Source of the DNA: an uncultured Planctomycetota bacterium
Lineage (GTDB): Bacteria > Planctomycetota > Planctomycetia > Isosphaerales > Isosphaeraceae
Length of the DNA: 64,000 nucleotides
Direction of reading: 5' to 3'
Assembly: GCA_963823665.1 (NCBI GenBank)
Contig: CAWGMQ010000004.1
Coordinates: 2,208,001 to 2,272,000, forward strand
In this document: positions 40,582 to 50,244 of the stretch, piece after piece
Layout of the letters: each line of letters starts with the position of its first letter
Position numbering within the stretch: position 1 is the stretch's first letter
Translations under genes and position numbers: made by a program
The notes under the pieces: model-generated
What the model saw: the letters and a program-made list of their open reading frames with translations, nothing else
The model's database searches: none
Told to the model about the DNA's origin: nothing

Positions 40582-41058
40582 TCAGTCAGTAAAACCGAAG
40601 AATCCCAGAATTCCACCACGCCGCGGCTTCGGTAGGATGCGAGCCTCGCTTCTCAAGCTCTCTGCACGGTCGCGAAGTTCCCCTTGCGGCGTCATTTTGA
40701 ACGGCTCTAGCTTGTACGTGAATTCCCGCTCATCACGCAACGACACCGGTACCACGTTCTCCGTGAAGAATTCGGTGATGTAGTTATCCCACCAGGGTGC
40801 TTTGATTGGTTGGATGAGGGTTTTCGTCTGGTAGCCGTCCTTGATCAACGAGATTTTTCGGTCTCCGTAAAACACGAAGCTCTTTGACGCGGGCGAGGGA
40901 CCGATCTCTTCCCCGTTCACGACAACCGTCGCCCCAGGCGGGTCAGTCCGGATCGTGTATCGTCTCTCAACGCACCCTGAAAGCGCACCGATGCCCACAA
41001 ACAACAGAAGCAAAGCCTGTATACGCCCACTTGCGTAGAACTTGCCCATCCCAGGCAC
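40582..41058 (-). CDS. PEGA-domain lipoprotein
   Basis: Lipobox LSGC; IRTDPPGATVVVNGEEIGPSP. Confidence 0.82.
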   Translation of the reverse strand: MPGMGKFYASGRIQALLLLFVGIGALSGCVERRYTIRTDPPGATVVVNGEEIGPSPASKSFVFYGDRKISLIKDGYQTKTLIQPIKAPWWDNYITEFFTENVVPVSLRDEREFTYKLEPFKMTPQGELRDRAESLRSEARILPKPRRGGILGFFGFTD

Positions 41059-41070
41059 TCCGGGATACCC

Positions 41071-42216
41071 TCAGTTGCCCATTCCGCTTGCAGTGGCATG
41101 AGATCCACCGCTTGTGGAATCAGTGCGAACCAGGTTCCGTGCCGAGTTCGGCAATCTTGCAGAACGCTCGAAGAAGTGAACGGACCCGGACCGCTCCGTT
41201 TGGGCGACCGTGTCTTTCAGTATGGAAGGGGCGGATTCTATCAATGGTCCCGCAGACGGGCAAGCCGGGTTAACTCGATCGAAAGACCAGGGACTGCACA
41301 AGCGATGCTGGCAAGGCCACGCTGAAACCCGCACAGTAGCATCCTGCATAAGCCAGTCGCCCCATTGTTCCCGCCCATCCAGTTGCAAGGTTGCGCCGTG
41401 AACCGGCGCCGGCGCGATCGAGCGGACCTTACCGGTATCCTTGAGCCAGCGTTCCTGAAACACCCGCCGTGCCGTGTTTTCAACCCGGCGCATGAACGAC
41501 AGGTTCAAGATCGCCCCGGAAATGGCTCCGATGCCTGGAATCCCATCGAAGACCTCCAGTAGGAACAGAATCGACATGATCTCCTCGGCCAAGATCTCTT
41601 GCTGGGTCTCTTCGATGAGCAGCTCTTCAAGTTCATGAAGGTCGTCAAGCCGCTGTTTTCTCAACTCGGATGTTTCCGAAATCGCCGTGATTAGCAATCC
41701 CAGAATAAAATGCCGATCTCGCCGCTGATCGAGCGGATAACCGTAGCAATGTCCAATTTTAAGAATCGTCCAGAGCGATAAAACGAAAAGAAGCGGAATA
41801 TCGATCAGCGTGGTCAAGGCACCGCCTGTTCCGGTCACGGCTCCCTGAACCGTCGAAAAAACCTGAGAGAATATCCCCGTCTGTAGGGCCAAACGGTCGC
41901 AATCCTCGAGCTGCTTCTTCTGGAGATCGCTCAGGTCATTAACACCCCCTCGACGTTTGATCTCCTCTTGCCCCGCAAGCAGAACGGCCAGTTCAAATGA
42001 CCGCTCGATTGCAAACCGGACGGCCACATCTGGGATGATCTTCTCGACAAGCTTGGCCGTCGGTAGCGTCACGCGATCAAGGATCTCGCTCAGCGGGTTG
42101 GGCGGCCGGGACTTCCAGGCCGCGATCTGAGCAATTTGATCAGACTGATAGGCTGTCAATTGGACACGTGCCGGTGCTCTCGATTTCGCCCGAGCAGCTT
42201 TGATCTGGGCGGCCAT
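41071..42216 (-). CDS. EcsC-family protein
   Basis: QGAVTGTGG...IDIPLL...IGHCYGY and IPGIGAISGA. A possible 1-bp deletion near 41397 would move the stop to 41270. Confidence 0.75.
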   Translation of the reverse strand: MAAQIKAARAKSRAPARVQLTAYQSDQIAQIAAWKSRPPNPLSEILDRVTLPTAKLVEKIIPDVAVRFAIERSFELAVLLAGQEEIKRRGGVNDLSDLQKKQLEDCDRLALQTGIFSQVFSTVQGAVTGTGGALTTLIDIPLLFVLSLWTILKIGHCYGYPLDQRRDRHFILGLLITAISETSELRKQRLDDLHELEELLIEETQQEILAEEIMSILFLLEVFDGIPGIGAISGAILNLSFMRRVENTARRVFQERWLKDTGKVRSIAPAPVHGATLQLDGREQWGDWLMQDATVRVSAWPCQHRLCSPWSFDRVNPACPSAGPLIESAPSILKDTVAQTERSGSVHFFERSARLPNSARNLVRTDSTSGGSHATASGMGN

Positions 42217-42456
42217 GATCAATCCTTGAGCGACGGAATAAAACAAGTCTCAAAGTTATCTTACATGCAACCACCTCAAAACAGCCACGCACCGCGCTCT
42301 TTCCCCAGTTTCCTAGAAACCCCCGGATTGGCTGGCCTGTTCTGACCAGCTCTACGGACGGCTCGACACGTATCGGAAAGCGAGAAGGTAACGGCTTGAA
42401 TCGGGTACAATCGGCAGGGTTGATTGACTCGGGCGGCCACTCGGCCGGAGAGCGCG

Positions 42457-43740
42457 ATGAAACAGGTTGATGTGCTTGACGGGAAATTCAACGTCACTCT
42501 GAGCCTGCCGGGGAGCAAGTCAATCACTCTTCGCGATGCGGTTCTGGCAAGCCTGGCCCATGGGCAAAGCGTTCTTGAATTCCCGGCCGACTGCGACGAC
42601 TTTTCGCGGATCTCCGAGGCGTTGATTCAGCTCGGGATTGCCATGAGCCCCGGAGCCGACGGCTCGGTGTCGATTCTGGGTACCGGAGGTCGCTTCCGTT
42701 CCGGGCCGGTGCTTCTCGATGCAGGATTGAGCGGTACAGCGGCTCGATTCCTGATTGCGCTGGCTCTGCTCAGAAGCGATGAAACCACAATCGACGGCCT
42801 GCCACCCTTGCGAGCCCGGCCCAATAAACATCTGATTGACGCAATCGCTTTTCTTGGCGCTAGAGTTCTGTCGACGAATGACGGCTACTTACCGGTCTCG
42901 ATTCGAGGTCCAGATGTCAGCAAGCGCACGATCAGGGTAAGGGGTGACCGATCGAGCCAGTATCTGTCGGCCCTCTTGCTGGTTGGTCCTCTGATGCCGG
43001 AAGGGCTCGAGCTTGACGTTGATGGGGAGCTCGTGAGCCGGCCTTATATCGACGTGACTCTACGCGAAATGCTCCGCTTCGGTGTAAGAGTCGAGCAAGA
43101 TGGCTATCGCTGGTTCCGAGTGCAAAGGCAGGCGTATCAGCCAGCCGTCGTTCGAGTAGAAGGCGATGCATCCGCTGCTTCGTATCACGCAGCGCTTGCG
43201 ACGATTCACGGAGGCTCGGTCACTTTTACCAATCTGGGAAAGACTAGCGCCCAGGGCGATTTTCGATTCCTCGAGATTTGTGAGATGCTCGGGGCCGTAG
43301 TAGATCGACGTGATGAGACAACCACAATCACCGGCCCACCGGGTGGACAAATGCGTCCTCTTCGGGCTGAGGTGAACATGGAAAGCATGCCTGACACCGC
43401 GCTGACATTGATCGCCATCGCGCCGCTCATACCCGGTGGTGCACGAATCACCGGTCTGGGAACGTTGCGAATCAAGGAATGCGACCGTATCAGCATTCCC
43501 GCGCAACAGCTCAACAAGATCGGTGTGAAAACCAACGAAGGCCCCGATTATCTCGATGTCAACGAGCTCCATCCTCGTCAAAACCTGCCCATCGTCTCGA
43601 TTGAGACACATGATGATCACCGAGTGGCAATGAGCTTCGCCATCCTGGGAACAAAACTAGGAAACCTGCAAATTCACGATCCGGCCTGTGTGGCGAAATC
43701 CTATCCGAAGTTCTGGGCCGATCTCGAACGTTTCAACTAG
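42457..43740 (+). CDS. aroA: 3-phosphoshikimate 1-carboxyvinyltransferase (EPSP synthase)
   Basis: LPGSKSI, SSQYLSALL, EGDASAASY, RIKECDR, DDHRVAM and KSYPKFW. Confidence 0.93.
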   Translation: MKQVDVLDGKFNVTLSLPGSKSITLRDAVLASLAHGQSVLEFPADCDDFSRISEALIQLGIAMSPGADGSVSILGTGGRFRSGPVLLDAGLSGTAARFLIALALLRSDETTIDGLPPLRARPNKHLIDAIAFLGARVLSTNDGYLPVSIRGPDVSKRTIRVRGDRSSQYLSALLLVGPLMPEGLELDVDGELVSRPYIDVTLREMLRFGVRVEQDGYRWFRVQRQAYQPAVVRVEGDASAASYHAALATIHGGSVTFTNLGKTSAQGDFRFLEICEMLGAVVDRRDETTTITGPPGGQMRPLRAEVNMESMPDTALTLIAIAPLIPGGARITGLGTLRIKECDRISIPAQQLNKIGVKTNEGPDYLDVNELHPRQNLPIVSIETHDDHRVAMSFAILGTKLGNLQIHDPACVAKSYPKFWADLERFN

Positions 43741-43878
43741 ATGGTCATAACGACAACGCCTGCTCGTGTTCCCAACCTGGCAACCGCGATTGCCAAATCT
43801 CCAAGTTGCGGTATTTTGATTCGCCAAGGCCGTTTCACGCCGGCGCTACGGAAGCTGTTTCATCATGGAGGAGGTCAC

Positions 43879-44643
43879 GTGCTGCGCCGCATGATTGAGG
43901 ATGTCACGCGCGATTGGGTCATTCGCAGAAGGCTGCCCGCTGACTTTCTGCGAGCATCGATCCACGTCAGTCCATCAGCAGGGCTACGCTACCTTTACCG
44001 ATCGATGGAAGACATCGATTCGGTACTCTTGAGTCTGGTCAAGGAATTTGTGAAGCCTGGCGCCGTCGTCTGGGACGTGGGAGCCAATGTCGGTTTATTC
44101 TCGTTTGCCGCCGCTAGTTTGGCGGGTCCGGAAGGTCAAATCATTGCGCTGGAACCGGACGCCTGGCTAGTACAGCTTCTGCGTCGTAGTGCTCGTCATC
44201 AGCCGGCCCGCTCAGCACCCGTGCAGGTCATTCCCGCGGCAGTTGCATCTCAAGTCTCCATTCGCACCTTGTGTCTTGCGACCAGGTCCAGAGCCGCCAA
44301 CTACCTTGCTGAGTTTGGAACGATTCAAACTGGCGGCGCACGTGAAGAACAATCTGTTGTCGCGCTGACGCTCGACTGGTTGCTCCAGCAGCTTCTGCAC
44401 CCGTCGGTTGTGAAGATCGATGTTGAGGGTGCCGAGATGGAAGTCCTCAAGGGCGCTGAGCGTCTGTTTGAGTCCGTCCGCCCTGTTGTCCTCTGCGAGG
44501 TAATTCCAGCAAGTGCATGCACCGTCACGGCATTTCTGCGGGCTCACAACTATCAGATTCTTGACGGCGAGACGCAGGGGCCAAACCGGAAGCCATTAGA
44601 AACGGCTCCCTGGTGTACGCTTGCCATCCCGAATCCGCCTTGA
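43879..44643 (+). CDS. FkbM-family methyltransferase
   Basis: WDVGANVG and VKIDVEGAE. GGAGG precedes GTG 43879; the frame is open from 43741. Confidence 0.9.
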   Translation: MLRRMIEDVTRDWVIRRRLPADFLRASIHVSPSAGLRYLYRSMEDIDSVLLSLVKEFVKPGAVVWDVGANVGLFSFAAASLAGPEGQIIALEPDAWLVQLLRRSARHQPARSAPVQVIPAAVASQVSIRTLCLATRSRAANYLAEFGTIQTGGAREEQSVVALTLDWLLQQLLHPSVVKIDVEGAEMEVLKGAERLFESVRPVVLCEVIPASACTVTAFLRAHNYQILDGETQGPNRKPLETAPWCTLAIPNPP

Positions 44644-44756
44644 CCGGATTTCCATCCCGCGACATACTGCGACACCCCCGAATGCTCTTGCCTGAGATGG
44701 ATTCTTGGGATCGGGCTGCACCCGCACGAGTCACGGACGAGTAAAGCCTCGGGATC

Positions 44757-46340
44757 ATGATCTCCAACCTTTACTTGACGATCTTCGCGGTCGCGATGGC
44801 TGGCTGTGTGCTCACGACACCGCTCGTGACCTGGCTCGCCTCTTGGGTCGGCGCCATCGACCGGCCCGATCAATTCCGGCGCATTCATCAGGGTGCGATA
44901 CCCCGGTTAGGTGGGCTTGCACTAGCCCTCGGTGTCGTGCTGGGCATCGTCGTAACATTTCTGCACGAGCCATTTCGCGCTCGAGCAATGGACGAGCTTG
45001 CAGCGCAGCATCATTGGTCCGTGCTTGCGGCTGGGCTGATCATCCTGGTTGTGGGGTTTCTCGATGACACCCGGTCACTCGGACCAAGAACCAAGCTTCT
45101 CGGTCAAGCTCTGGCGGTCCTTGCACTCTATCTGGGTGGAATCCGCATTCAGTCGATCGAAGTGCTGAGCCTGAATCTTGATCTGGGCTTCCCGTCAGCC
45201 CATTTCAACGTTCTGGGACATTCGATTGAGCTCGCGCTGCCCAGTTTGCTCATCACGCTTTTCTGGTTTCTGGGTTGCATGAACATCTGGAATTTGATCG
45301 ACGGCATGGATGGTCTCGCTTCCGGCGTGGGCCTTCTGGTAAGCGGAACGTTGACGCTCGTCGCAATTCACAACGAGAACTACCAGATCGCCGTCATGGC
45401 CGTTGCTCTGGCCGGAAGTCTTGCCGGCTTCTTGCTCTACAACTGGCACCCTGCTTGCATTTTCCTGGGTGATAGCGGCGCTCTCTTGATCGGTCTGTTG
45501 ATCGGGGTGATCGGGGTCGAGGGTTCGATGGAAGGTCCCTCGGCCATCTCGATCCTGTTTCCCATTCTGGCAATGGGCCTGCCGATTTCAGACACGGCCA
45601 TGGCAATCTTTAGACGTTGGGTGCGCAACCTGCCGCTCAGTGCCGCCGACCGCCGCCATGTTCACCATCTCCTCATTGGGCTGGGACTTAATCCACGCCA
45701 GGCAGCGCTTTTGCTCTACTCCTTCTCGGCGGGCCTTTGCGGGGCCGTCATGCTCGGCGTTGCTCTTCGGAACGAATATCTAGCACTGGTACTCGGAATC
45801 TCCGGCTGTCTGGTCTTCCTGCTGATCGTCACGAGTCGCCGCGATGAACTCACCAGTCTCTGCGGCGATTTGCAGGATAGGATGAAACGCAAGCGACAGG
45901 AGCGGCAAGCCGCCAAGTTGGCCTGGGAGGCCATCCAGCGTGTCGAGCTTTGCGCGACGGAGGAGGACGCCTACAAGATTGTCAACGAAACCGCTCACAA
46001 GTTGGGCTGTGAGATGGTTCAGTTTACTTGCGAAAGTGATCGTTCGTACCCCCAGTATCGGCTTCAGAATTCGGGTGAGTCCAGAGGCGGCATAGCCGCG
46101 TTGTCGGGACCTTCGGCGATCTTTCGACTCTCCTCTGGCCAGGGACGGTGGCTCACCGTGAGCCTCTTCCTATCGCCCGATTCGTCCCCGGCGGCGGACA
46201 TCGTCTTTCGCTACCTGCAGCGCCTGTCTATTGCACTTGCTGACCGGCTGGACTGGCTCCGGCCGAGTGCGCTTGAGAACGTCACAAAAAGCGCTGCCGG
46301 TGAACCTCTGCCGTTTCCGGCTCCAGGAGCCGGGGCATAA
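44757..46340 (+). CDS. WecA/MraY-family undecaprenyl-phosphate sugar-1-phosphate transferase with C-terminal extension
   Basis: IPRLGG, GFLDD, NLIDGMDGL, IFLGDSG and DRRHVHH. Confidence 0.9.
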   Translation: MISNLYLTIFAVAMAGCVLTTPLVTWLASWVGAIDRPDQFRRIHQGAIPRLGGLALALGVVLGIVVTFLHEPFRARAMDELAAQHHWSVLAAGLIILVVGFLDDTRSLGPRTKLLGQALAVLALYLGGIRIQSIEVLSLNLDLGFPSAHFNVLGHSIELALPSLLITLFWFLGCMNIWNLIDGMDGLASGVGLLVSGTLTLVAIHNENYQIAVMAVALAGSLAGFLLYNWHPACIFLGDSGALLIGLLIGVIGVEGSMEGPSAISILFPILAMGLPISDTAMAIFRRWVRNLPLSAADRRHVHHLLIGLGLNPRQAALLLYSFSAGLCGAVMLGVALRNEYLALVLGISGCLVFLLIVTSRRDELTSLCGDLQDRMKRKRQERQAAKLAWEAIQRVELCATEEDAYKIVNETAHKLGCEMVQFTCESDRSYPQYRLQNSGESRGGIAALSGPSAIFRLSSGQGRWLTVSLFLSPDSSPAADIVFRYLQRLSIALADRLDWLRPSALENVTKSAAGEPLPFPAPGAGA

Positions 46341-46367
46341 CGGCACGACTCTCCTAACGAGGCAACA

Positions 46368-48584
46368 ATGGACGGAATTCAGGTCCACAAAAGCTACGCG
46401 GCTCCGGCGGAATTCAGTAAAACAACACCGGCTTCACTTGCCATCAATCCGGCGGCGGCAAAAACGACGTCTCACTACCTGCGGGCCCTGCGCCGTCGCT
46501 TCTGGATGGTGCTCTCCATTGCCGTGCCCCTGGCGATCACCGGCTCGATTCTGGTGCTGAGGCTTCCGCCGGTTTATCTCGCCAAGGGTGAGATCGAGAT
46601 CAACCCTCCGGCCATCGACCCTGAGCTCTCGGCACTCATGACCCACGAGCCCGGCCGGCATGATCCGTCGGTTACCGCCAGCTATGTCCCCAACCAGGAA
46701 GCAAGGCTACGCAGCAAGGGGCTCGCCCAGGAGGTTGTGAATGAATTCTCTATCTCCATCGATCTGACGCAATTCGCCGACCCGGCATTCGAGCTCTTCA
46801 AATCGCTCAATGTGCTGCGGCTCAAGAACACCAATCTCTTCATCGTGTCGCTCGAAGGCAGTGACCCCGCACGCACGAAGAAACTACTCGACATGCTGCT
46901 GCTTCAGCTCCAGAAAACTGCAAAGCAGGAAAACACCGACAAGCTGGAAAAAGTAAAAGAATACGCTGAAAGCAGGCTAGCGACTCTTGTGAAAGAATCC
47001 AAGGCGCTCGATGAAACAGTCATGGCTGCCCTTGCAAAATCCAACACGATCGGGCCCGGCGGCCGCAGCATTCTTGAAGAGCGATTTGTGAATCTAGGAT
47101 CGATGATGTCGCAGAAACGGTTCAAGCTGGGCGACCTGCAGCAGCAGTTGGCGATGGCCCAACTGATGCCGAAGTACGACTTCGACCCCGAAGCAGGCAG
47201 CCGGGCTTCAAGGATCGCCGAGCTGAACCGCGTGAAAAAAACCTATACCCGCATGCTCGAAGAGATGCGCAGGCACATCCGCGGTTTTAACACAGATCCC
47301 TACGTTAAACGGCTGGCCGGGCGTCTCGATGACGTGCTGGACGAGCTCGAAGAGCTGCAATCGATCAAGAGGGAGAAGCTGTCAACGCCCAGCGAGGTGA
47401 TCATGGAGCAATGCAATCGCGAACTCGAAGCTGATCGCGAAGAACATGACAGACTTCTAGCCGACATGCAGAAGTCAATTCCCGAGCATCAGAGAATTCT
47501 CGCGATGCTCAAGGACCGTGAAGATCGTAGCCAGCAGATTGCCCACATGAAAGACAGGCTCATGCAGTTCGATATCTTGAGCCTGCAGGTCGTGAACAGT
47601 CCCTGCGTGAGAATTCCCTCAAGCGTCGTCGAGCCGACCGTGCCAATCAAGCCAAACCGGCCTCTTTTAATCGGTCTGGGCATCTTCGTCAGCTTCGCGC
47701 TCGGTATCTGCCTGGTTTGCCTGCTCGAGCATGTTGACTATTCCGTCAAGATTCCCGAGCACGCCTCCCATGGCCTGACCTTGCCTCTGCTAGGAGTGGT
47801 ACCGCGAATTCGCCGCTCATCACTCACCCATCGCGCAGGTCATCTCTGGACACACGCAACGCCCGACTCGATTGAAGCTGATGCCTACCGGAATATCCGT
47901 GCCAGTCTACTTGGAGTTGCTGACCGGAATGGCCCGATCGTCACGCTCTTGATCACAAGCGCCAAGGCCGGTGAGGGCAAGAGCACTACAGCACTTAACC
48001 TGGCCGCCACATGCGCCCGGGCTGGCGAGCGAACCCTCCTGCTCGATGTCGACCTGCGCCGACCTAGCCTGGCGGGAGTCTTCATCAATCAAAACTCCGA
48101 TGAAGAAACCCCTGGCCTGGTTGATGTCCTGCGGGGTGAGCTTCCCTGGCAACGCACTGTTCGCCATACCGAGCTTCCCAACCTCGACTTCATCCCGACC
48201 GGTGACACTCGATCCATTCCAATCGAAATCCTGGGCACACTCGAATTACGCCAATTGCTGGTCGCACTTTCGCATCATTACGACCGTGTCATTCTTGATG
48301 GTCCGGCCGTGCTCGGCCTCGCTGACTGCCGCGTGCTCGGCCGTATTGTTGACTCCTCGCTCCTGGTCGTTCGTTCCGGCGCGATGCAGTTAATTACGCT
48401 GCACCGCGCCAAGGCAATGCTTGAACAGTCGCGCGTCGCGATTGCCGGCATGGTCTTTAACGGGCTCTCGGAAGATCTCACCAACTGGTCCAGCTATGGC
48501 TACGAGCCGCTTTCATTCTCCGGGGGCAGTCCCGAATCCCCAGCCGATGAGCCTGAAGCTCTAGCAGTTGCCCGCGGCAGGTGA
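46368..48584 (+). CDS. Wzc-like polysaccharide co-polymerase / tyrosine autokinase
   Basis: Two TMs, a coiled coil, GEGKST, DVDLRRP and ILDGPAVL. Confidence 0.9.
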   Translation: MDGIQVHKSYAAPAEFSKTTPASLAINPAAAKTTSHYLRALRRRFWMVLSIAVPLAITGSILVLRLPPVYLAKGEIEINPPAIDPELSALMTHEPGRHDPSVTASYVPNQEARLRSKGLAQEVVNEFSISIDLTQFADPAFELFKSLNVLRLKNTNLFIVSLEGSDPARTKKLLDMLLLQLQKTAKQENTDKLEKVKEYAESRLATLVKESKALDETVMAALAKSNTIGPGGRSILEERFVNLGSMMSQKRFKLGDLQQQLAMAQLMPKYDFDPEAGSRASRIAELNRVKKTYTRMLEEMRRHIRGFNTDPYVKRLAGRLDDVLDELEELQSIKREKLSTPSEVIMEQCNRELEADREEHDRLLADMQKSIPEHQRILAMLKDREDRSQQIAHMKDRLMQFDILSLQVVNSPCVRIPSSVVEPTVPIKPNRPLLIGLGIFVSFALGICLVCLLEHVDYSVKIPEHASHGLTLPLLGVVPRIRRSSLTHRAGHLWTHATPDSIEADAYRNIRASLLGVADRNGPIVTLLITSAKAGEGKSTTALNLAATCARAGERTLLLDVDLRRPSLAGVFINQNSDEETPGLVDVLRGELPWQRTVRHTELPNLDFIPTGDTRSIPIEILGTLELRQLLVALSHHYDRVILDGPAVLGLADCRVLGRIVDSSLLVVRSGAMQLITLHRAKAMLEQSRVAIAGMVFNGLSEDLTNWSSYGYEPLSFSGGSPESPADEPEALAVARGR

Positions 48585-48630
48585 GATCACTCACTCGGCC
48601 AGGCATCGCTGCACCAAGGAATCGCAAATC

Positions 48631-50199
48631 GTGAACCGGTACTCCAGAATCTTGACCGCAATCGATGCCCTTCTGACCACTCTCGTGGTGGCACTCGTCC
48701 TGGGCAGCGCACTCTGCTTCGGCGGTGCGGTCTGGTGGTTCCGTCCGGTGTTTGCGTCGCTTGCGCTTCTGCTGTCCCTGGCAATGCTCATCCGGCTGTT
48801 GCTCGAGCGACGTCTGCCCATCCTCAAGAGCCCGCTGACCTTGCTGGCGTTTCTCACACTCGGGCTGGGGCTCTTGCAGCTAACCCCACTGCCTGCCTCG
48901 CTTGCTTACCGGCTTTCGCCGAGAGCCCACGAGATCTATTCGCTGGGCGTGATTCCCGAGCTGGCACGTGCTGATTTTCCCTCGGTTGAACTGGGTGAGC
49001 CGGCTCAGATTCGCTCACCAGCAACACTCGACCGGGCTGCCACCCTGCGCTGGCTCTTTGGGGCCCTCGCATGCCTGGGAATCTTCTGGGCTGTCTCCCA
49101 TTTTGCAGATCGCCTCAAACGGCTTTATTTGGTGTGGGGCTGTGTGCTCGCGGCCTTTCTGATGAACGGGGCCCTTGACCTGGTACAAATCACAGGTGGA
49201 GTTGAAGGACTCTTCGGCTGCTACCGGCCAGGGGCAGCACCCTTCTGGGCACCATCGAGCAGTGACCTTCTGGATTCCCCTTCTTCAAGCAGCTTGCGCC
49301 GGTTGAGTGATGCGTCTCCCTCGTCCAGTAGAGCGGCTGTTCAACCTGTGGTGGTTGTTCCTGATGAGCCGGTTTTGATGGGAACGATGATGCCGAGCAC
49401 CGGCGCGTTTCTGGCCTTCGGCTCACTCGCCCTACCGCTGGGCCTGGCAATCATTCTACACATGCTTTCGGCCCGCGGCAGCCGTGAGACGCTCTCGACC
49501 CGCTTGAGCCATAAAGGACAGGGTAGCCTGATTGTGCTGCTCTTGATCCTGCTAGTTTCGAGTGCTTTTCTCGTGGGCATGGCTTCCGGGCCGAAATTCT
49601 GTCTACCTTTTCTGGTTGGCGTGGCGGCTGTCGGGCTCACGTCCGCTGCAGGTTCACGGGGCTGGGCCATTGGCTTGATGGTATTGCTCCTCGCCTCGCT
49701 GAGCTCAGGCGCAGCTTCGACCACCCTGTGGCGGATAATCGTGGGAGGGTCACCGCCGGTTGCTTCACTATCCTGGGAGCGAGCTCTGCTCCTCTGGACG
49801 GACAGCCTGGCAATCTTTCGAGAGTTCCCGATCGTCGGAACAGGTTTTGGAAGCTTTGGCGCGATTTATCCCTACGTGAAGACCCACGATCCGTCCTCAA
49901 ACACGGCCATGAGTAGCCTTCTCCAATGGACAGCGGAGTCCGGCGTGCTCGGCCTGATCCTTCTAATCACAGCCGCGCTGTGGGTTCTTCACCGCTTACC
50001 ACGTGTTACCAGGCACGTTGGATCCGCTGACCGCTCGCTTGCTTACGGCTTGATCGGAGCGGCCATTGGCTTTAGTCTATGGTCGGTCGTGCACTGGACT
50101 GTGGAGCTGCCTGCTGTTGCAATCTCAGCCAGCGCTCTGGGTGGAACCTGGAACCGCTGGCTGGCTGGTGGAACGGACTTGTTTGTCGACCGTGGGTAA
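48631..50199 (+). CDS. O-antigen ligase-like membrane protein
   Basis: Multi-TM; LWTDSLAIFREFPIVGTGFGSF...LLQWTAESGVLG. Confidence 0.78.
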   Translation: MNRYSRILTAIDALLTTLVVALVLGSALCFGGAVWWFRPVFASLALLLSLAMLIRLLLERRLPILKSPLTLLAFLTLGLGLLQLTPLPASLAYRLSPRAHEIYSLGVIPELARADFPSVELGEPAQIRSPATLDRAATLRWLFGALACLGIFWAVSHFADRLKRLYLVWGCVLAAFLMNGALDLVQITGGVEGLFGCYRPGAAPFWAPSSSDLLDSPSSSSLRRLSDASPSSSRAAVQPVVVVPDEPVLMGTMMPSTGAFLAFGSLALPLGLAIILHMLSARGSRETLSTRLSHKGQGSLIVLLLILLVSSAFLVGMASGPKFCLPFLVGVAAVGLTSAAGSRGWAIGLMVLLLASLSSGAASTTLWRIIVGGSPPVASLSWERALLLWTDSLAIFREFPIVGTGFGSFGAIYPYVKTHDPSSNTAMSSLLQWTAESGVLGLILLITAALWVLHRLPRVTRHVGSADRSLAYGLIGAAIGFSLWSVVHWTVELPAVAISASALGGTWNRWLAGGTDLFVDRG

Positions 50200-50244
50200 A
50201 CCCACGCAGTATGGGTGTGGCTCAGGGAGGAGTCGATCCCCACG

